A stretch of DNA of 64,000 bases from Octopus sinensis (Eukaryota): contig NC_043000.1 in NCBI RefSeq assembly GCF_006345805.1, positions 148,738,001 through 148,802,000 of the forward strand, read 5' to 3'. Position numbers and translations under genes: made by a program. The notes below the pieces were generated by a model, which worked only from the letters and a program-made list of their open reading frames with translations, was not told where the DNA came from and did no database searches. Each line of letters starts with the position of its first letter. The first letter of the stretch is position 1. Below, one piece after another: positions 62,758-64,000 of the stretch.

Positions 62758-62986
62758 TTAACCCTTTAGCATTTAAACCGGCCATATCCGGCCAAAAGTA
62801 TTCTGCCTGTTTTATGTTCAAACTGGCCAGATCTGGTCTCTCACACCAACCCTACAATATCGTTTTAAAAATTAACAGCTACCTCATCAAAATCTCATAG
62901 CTACAAGATAATGCCTGATTAGTTCAAAACAATGTGGATACAGAAGCATTAATTTTGGTAGAATAATGCGAACACTAAAGGGTTAA
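62758..62986. mobile_element. piggyBac-like MITE (subfamily A) inserted in an old LINE
   Basis: TTAACCCT...AGGGTTAA. Confidence 0.82.
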
Positions 62987-63502
62987 ACATGAGCAGCATA
63001 CAATTAGAGCTCTCACAGTTGCTCCAAATGATAGGCCTCACTATCACCGAGGATCTTTCCAGGTGAAAGCATATTCTTACCAAGGCTAGTTCTGCATCCC
63101 AACGACCTGTTCGACTACTCTTCAGAGCTAGAAGTTACTCCAGCCCCCAACAATTATTGGTATTCAACAAAGCTTAAGTGAGGCTCACAATGGAGTATTG
63201 CTCCCATATCTGGGATGGCAATGCTGCTACTCACACACAGACGTCCTTAGTGAAAGGCTACTTCACTGATTAGCATAAAATCTCTCACAGATATAGTCAA
63301 GCATCTGATCCACAAGTGTGCTTTACTCTCTCTAACCTTTCTCCTGGTACTATAATAGCTTGCTTGTCTCTTCATCTCACCTTTCACATTGTGTCCAATG
63401 ACCCCAGTCCTGCACTAACTCCTTTATCCAGTCCTTTTTCCCCACAATGTCAACCCGCTTAAATTTCCTCCTTATGTCTATATTAATGGTATCAATACTC
63501 TT

Positions 63503-63902
63503 TTTTACTCTTTTACTTGTTTCAGTCATTTGACAGCGGCCATGATGGAGCACCGCCTTTAGTCGAGCAACTCGACCCCGGGACTTATTCTTTTGTAAGC
63601 CCAGTACTTATTCTATCAGTCTCTTTTGCCGAACCGCTAAGTGACGGGGACATAAACACACCAGCATCAGTTGTCAAGCAATGCTAGGGGGACAAACACA
63701 GACACACAAACACACACACGCATATATATATACATATATATGACGGGCTTCTTTCAGTTTCCATCTACCAAATCCACTCACAAGGCATTGGTCGGCCCGG
63801 GGCTATAGCAAAAGACACTTGCCCAAGATGCCACGCAGTGGGACTGAACCCGGAACCATGTGGTTGGTAAGCAAGCTACTTACCACAGAGCCACTCCTGC
63901 GC
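63503..63902 (-). mobile_element. SINE family B
   Basis: Full-length match. Confidence 0.88.
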
Positions 63903-64000
63903 AATATCATTAATCTCAGACAATCTGTAAATAGCATAAGTACAGCCTACAGCAAGTTTCACTTGGTAACATGTACCATGCTTTCAAATTATTTTAGGTG

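Larger units (their letters stand above)
60560..63480 (+). mobile_element. Old degraded CR1/Jockey-group LINE, interrupted by a SINE and two MITEs
   Basis: Remnants ISNAF..W..L.S..PTYG.HP..IGSFLTD, SDVP.GSV..P.L.LLY, L.IT.DLS...HI, LFRAR, MEYCSHIWDG. Confidence 0.78.

Overview
AT-rich, repeat-dense animal genomic DNA. The SINE, Penelope and microsatellite content looks cephalopod (Octopus-like); the taxon is an inference. Almost the whole window is one minus-strand gene, a TP53BP1 (53BP1) orthologue. I reconstructed 22 GT-AG exons by hand from 60439 down to the stop at 6431. Phases are consistent and give 4,424 nt, about 1,470 aa; the N-terminus probably lies beyond the window. The protein has an SQ/TQ-rich N-terminus, an oligomerisation region, tandem Tudor, the UDR motif (ADVSLDNLVDG) and tandem BRCT domains. 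Introns hold tRNA-headed SINEs, an RTE-tail-like (GAT)n family, LINE remnants, Tc1/mariner relics, piggyBac-like and other MITEs, Helitron-like pieces, a 65-bp satellite and two Penelope-like elements (PLEs). One PLE has RT plus GIY-YIG broken by a single frameshift and inverted pseudo-LTRs. The most notable unannotated signal is a set of type I hammerhead ribozymes. One is canonical (60112-60197) and one has a G3-C8 swapped core pair (10374-10424). Several others are core-mutated. Both intact copies lie antisense to the host transcript. A structured island at 31920-32031 carries all three hammerhead core blocks in a non-canonical order. All coordinates and folds were read by eye; nothing was computed or searched.
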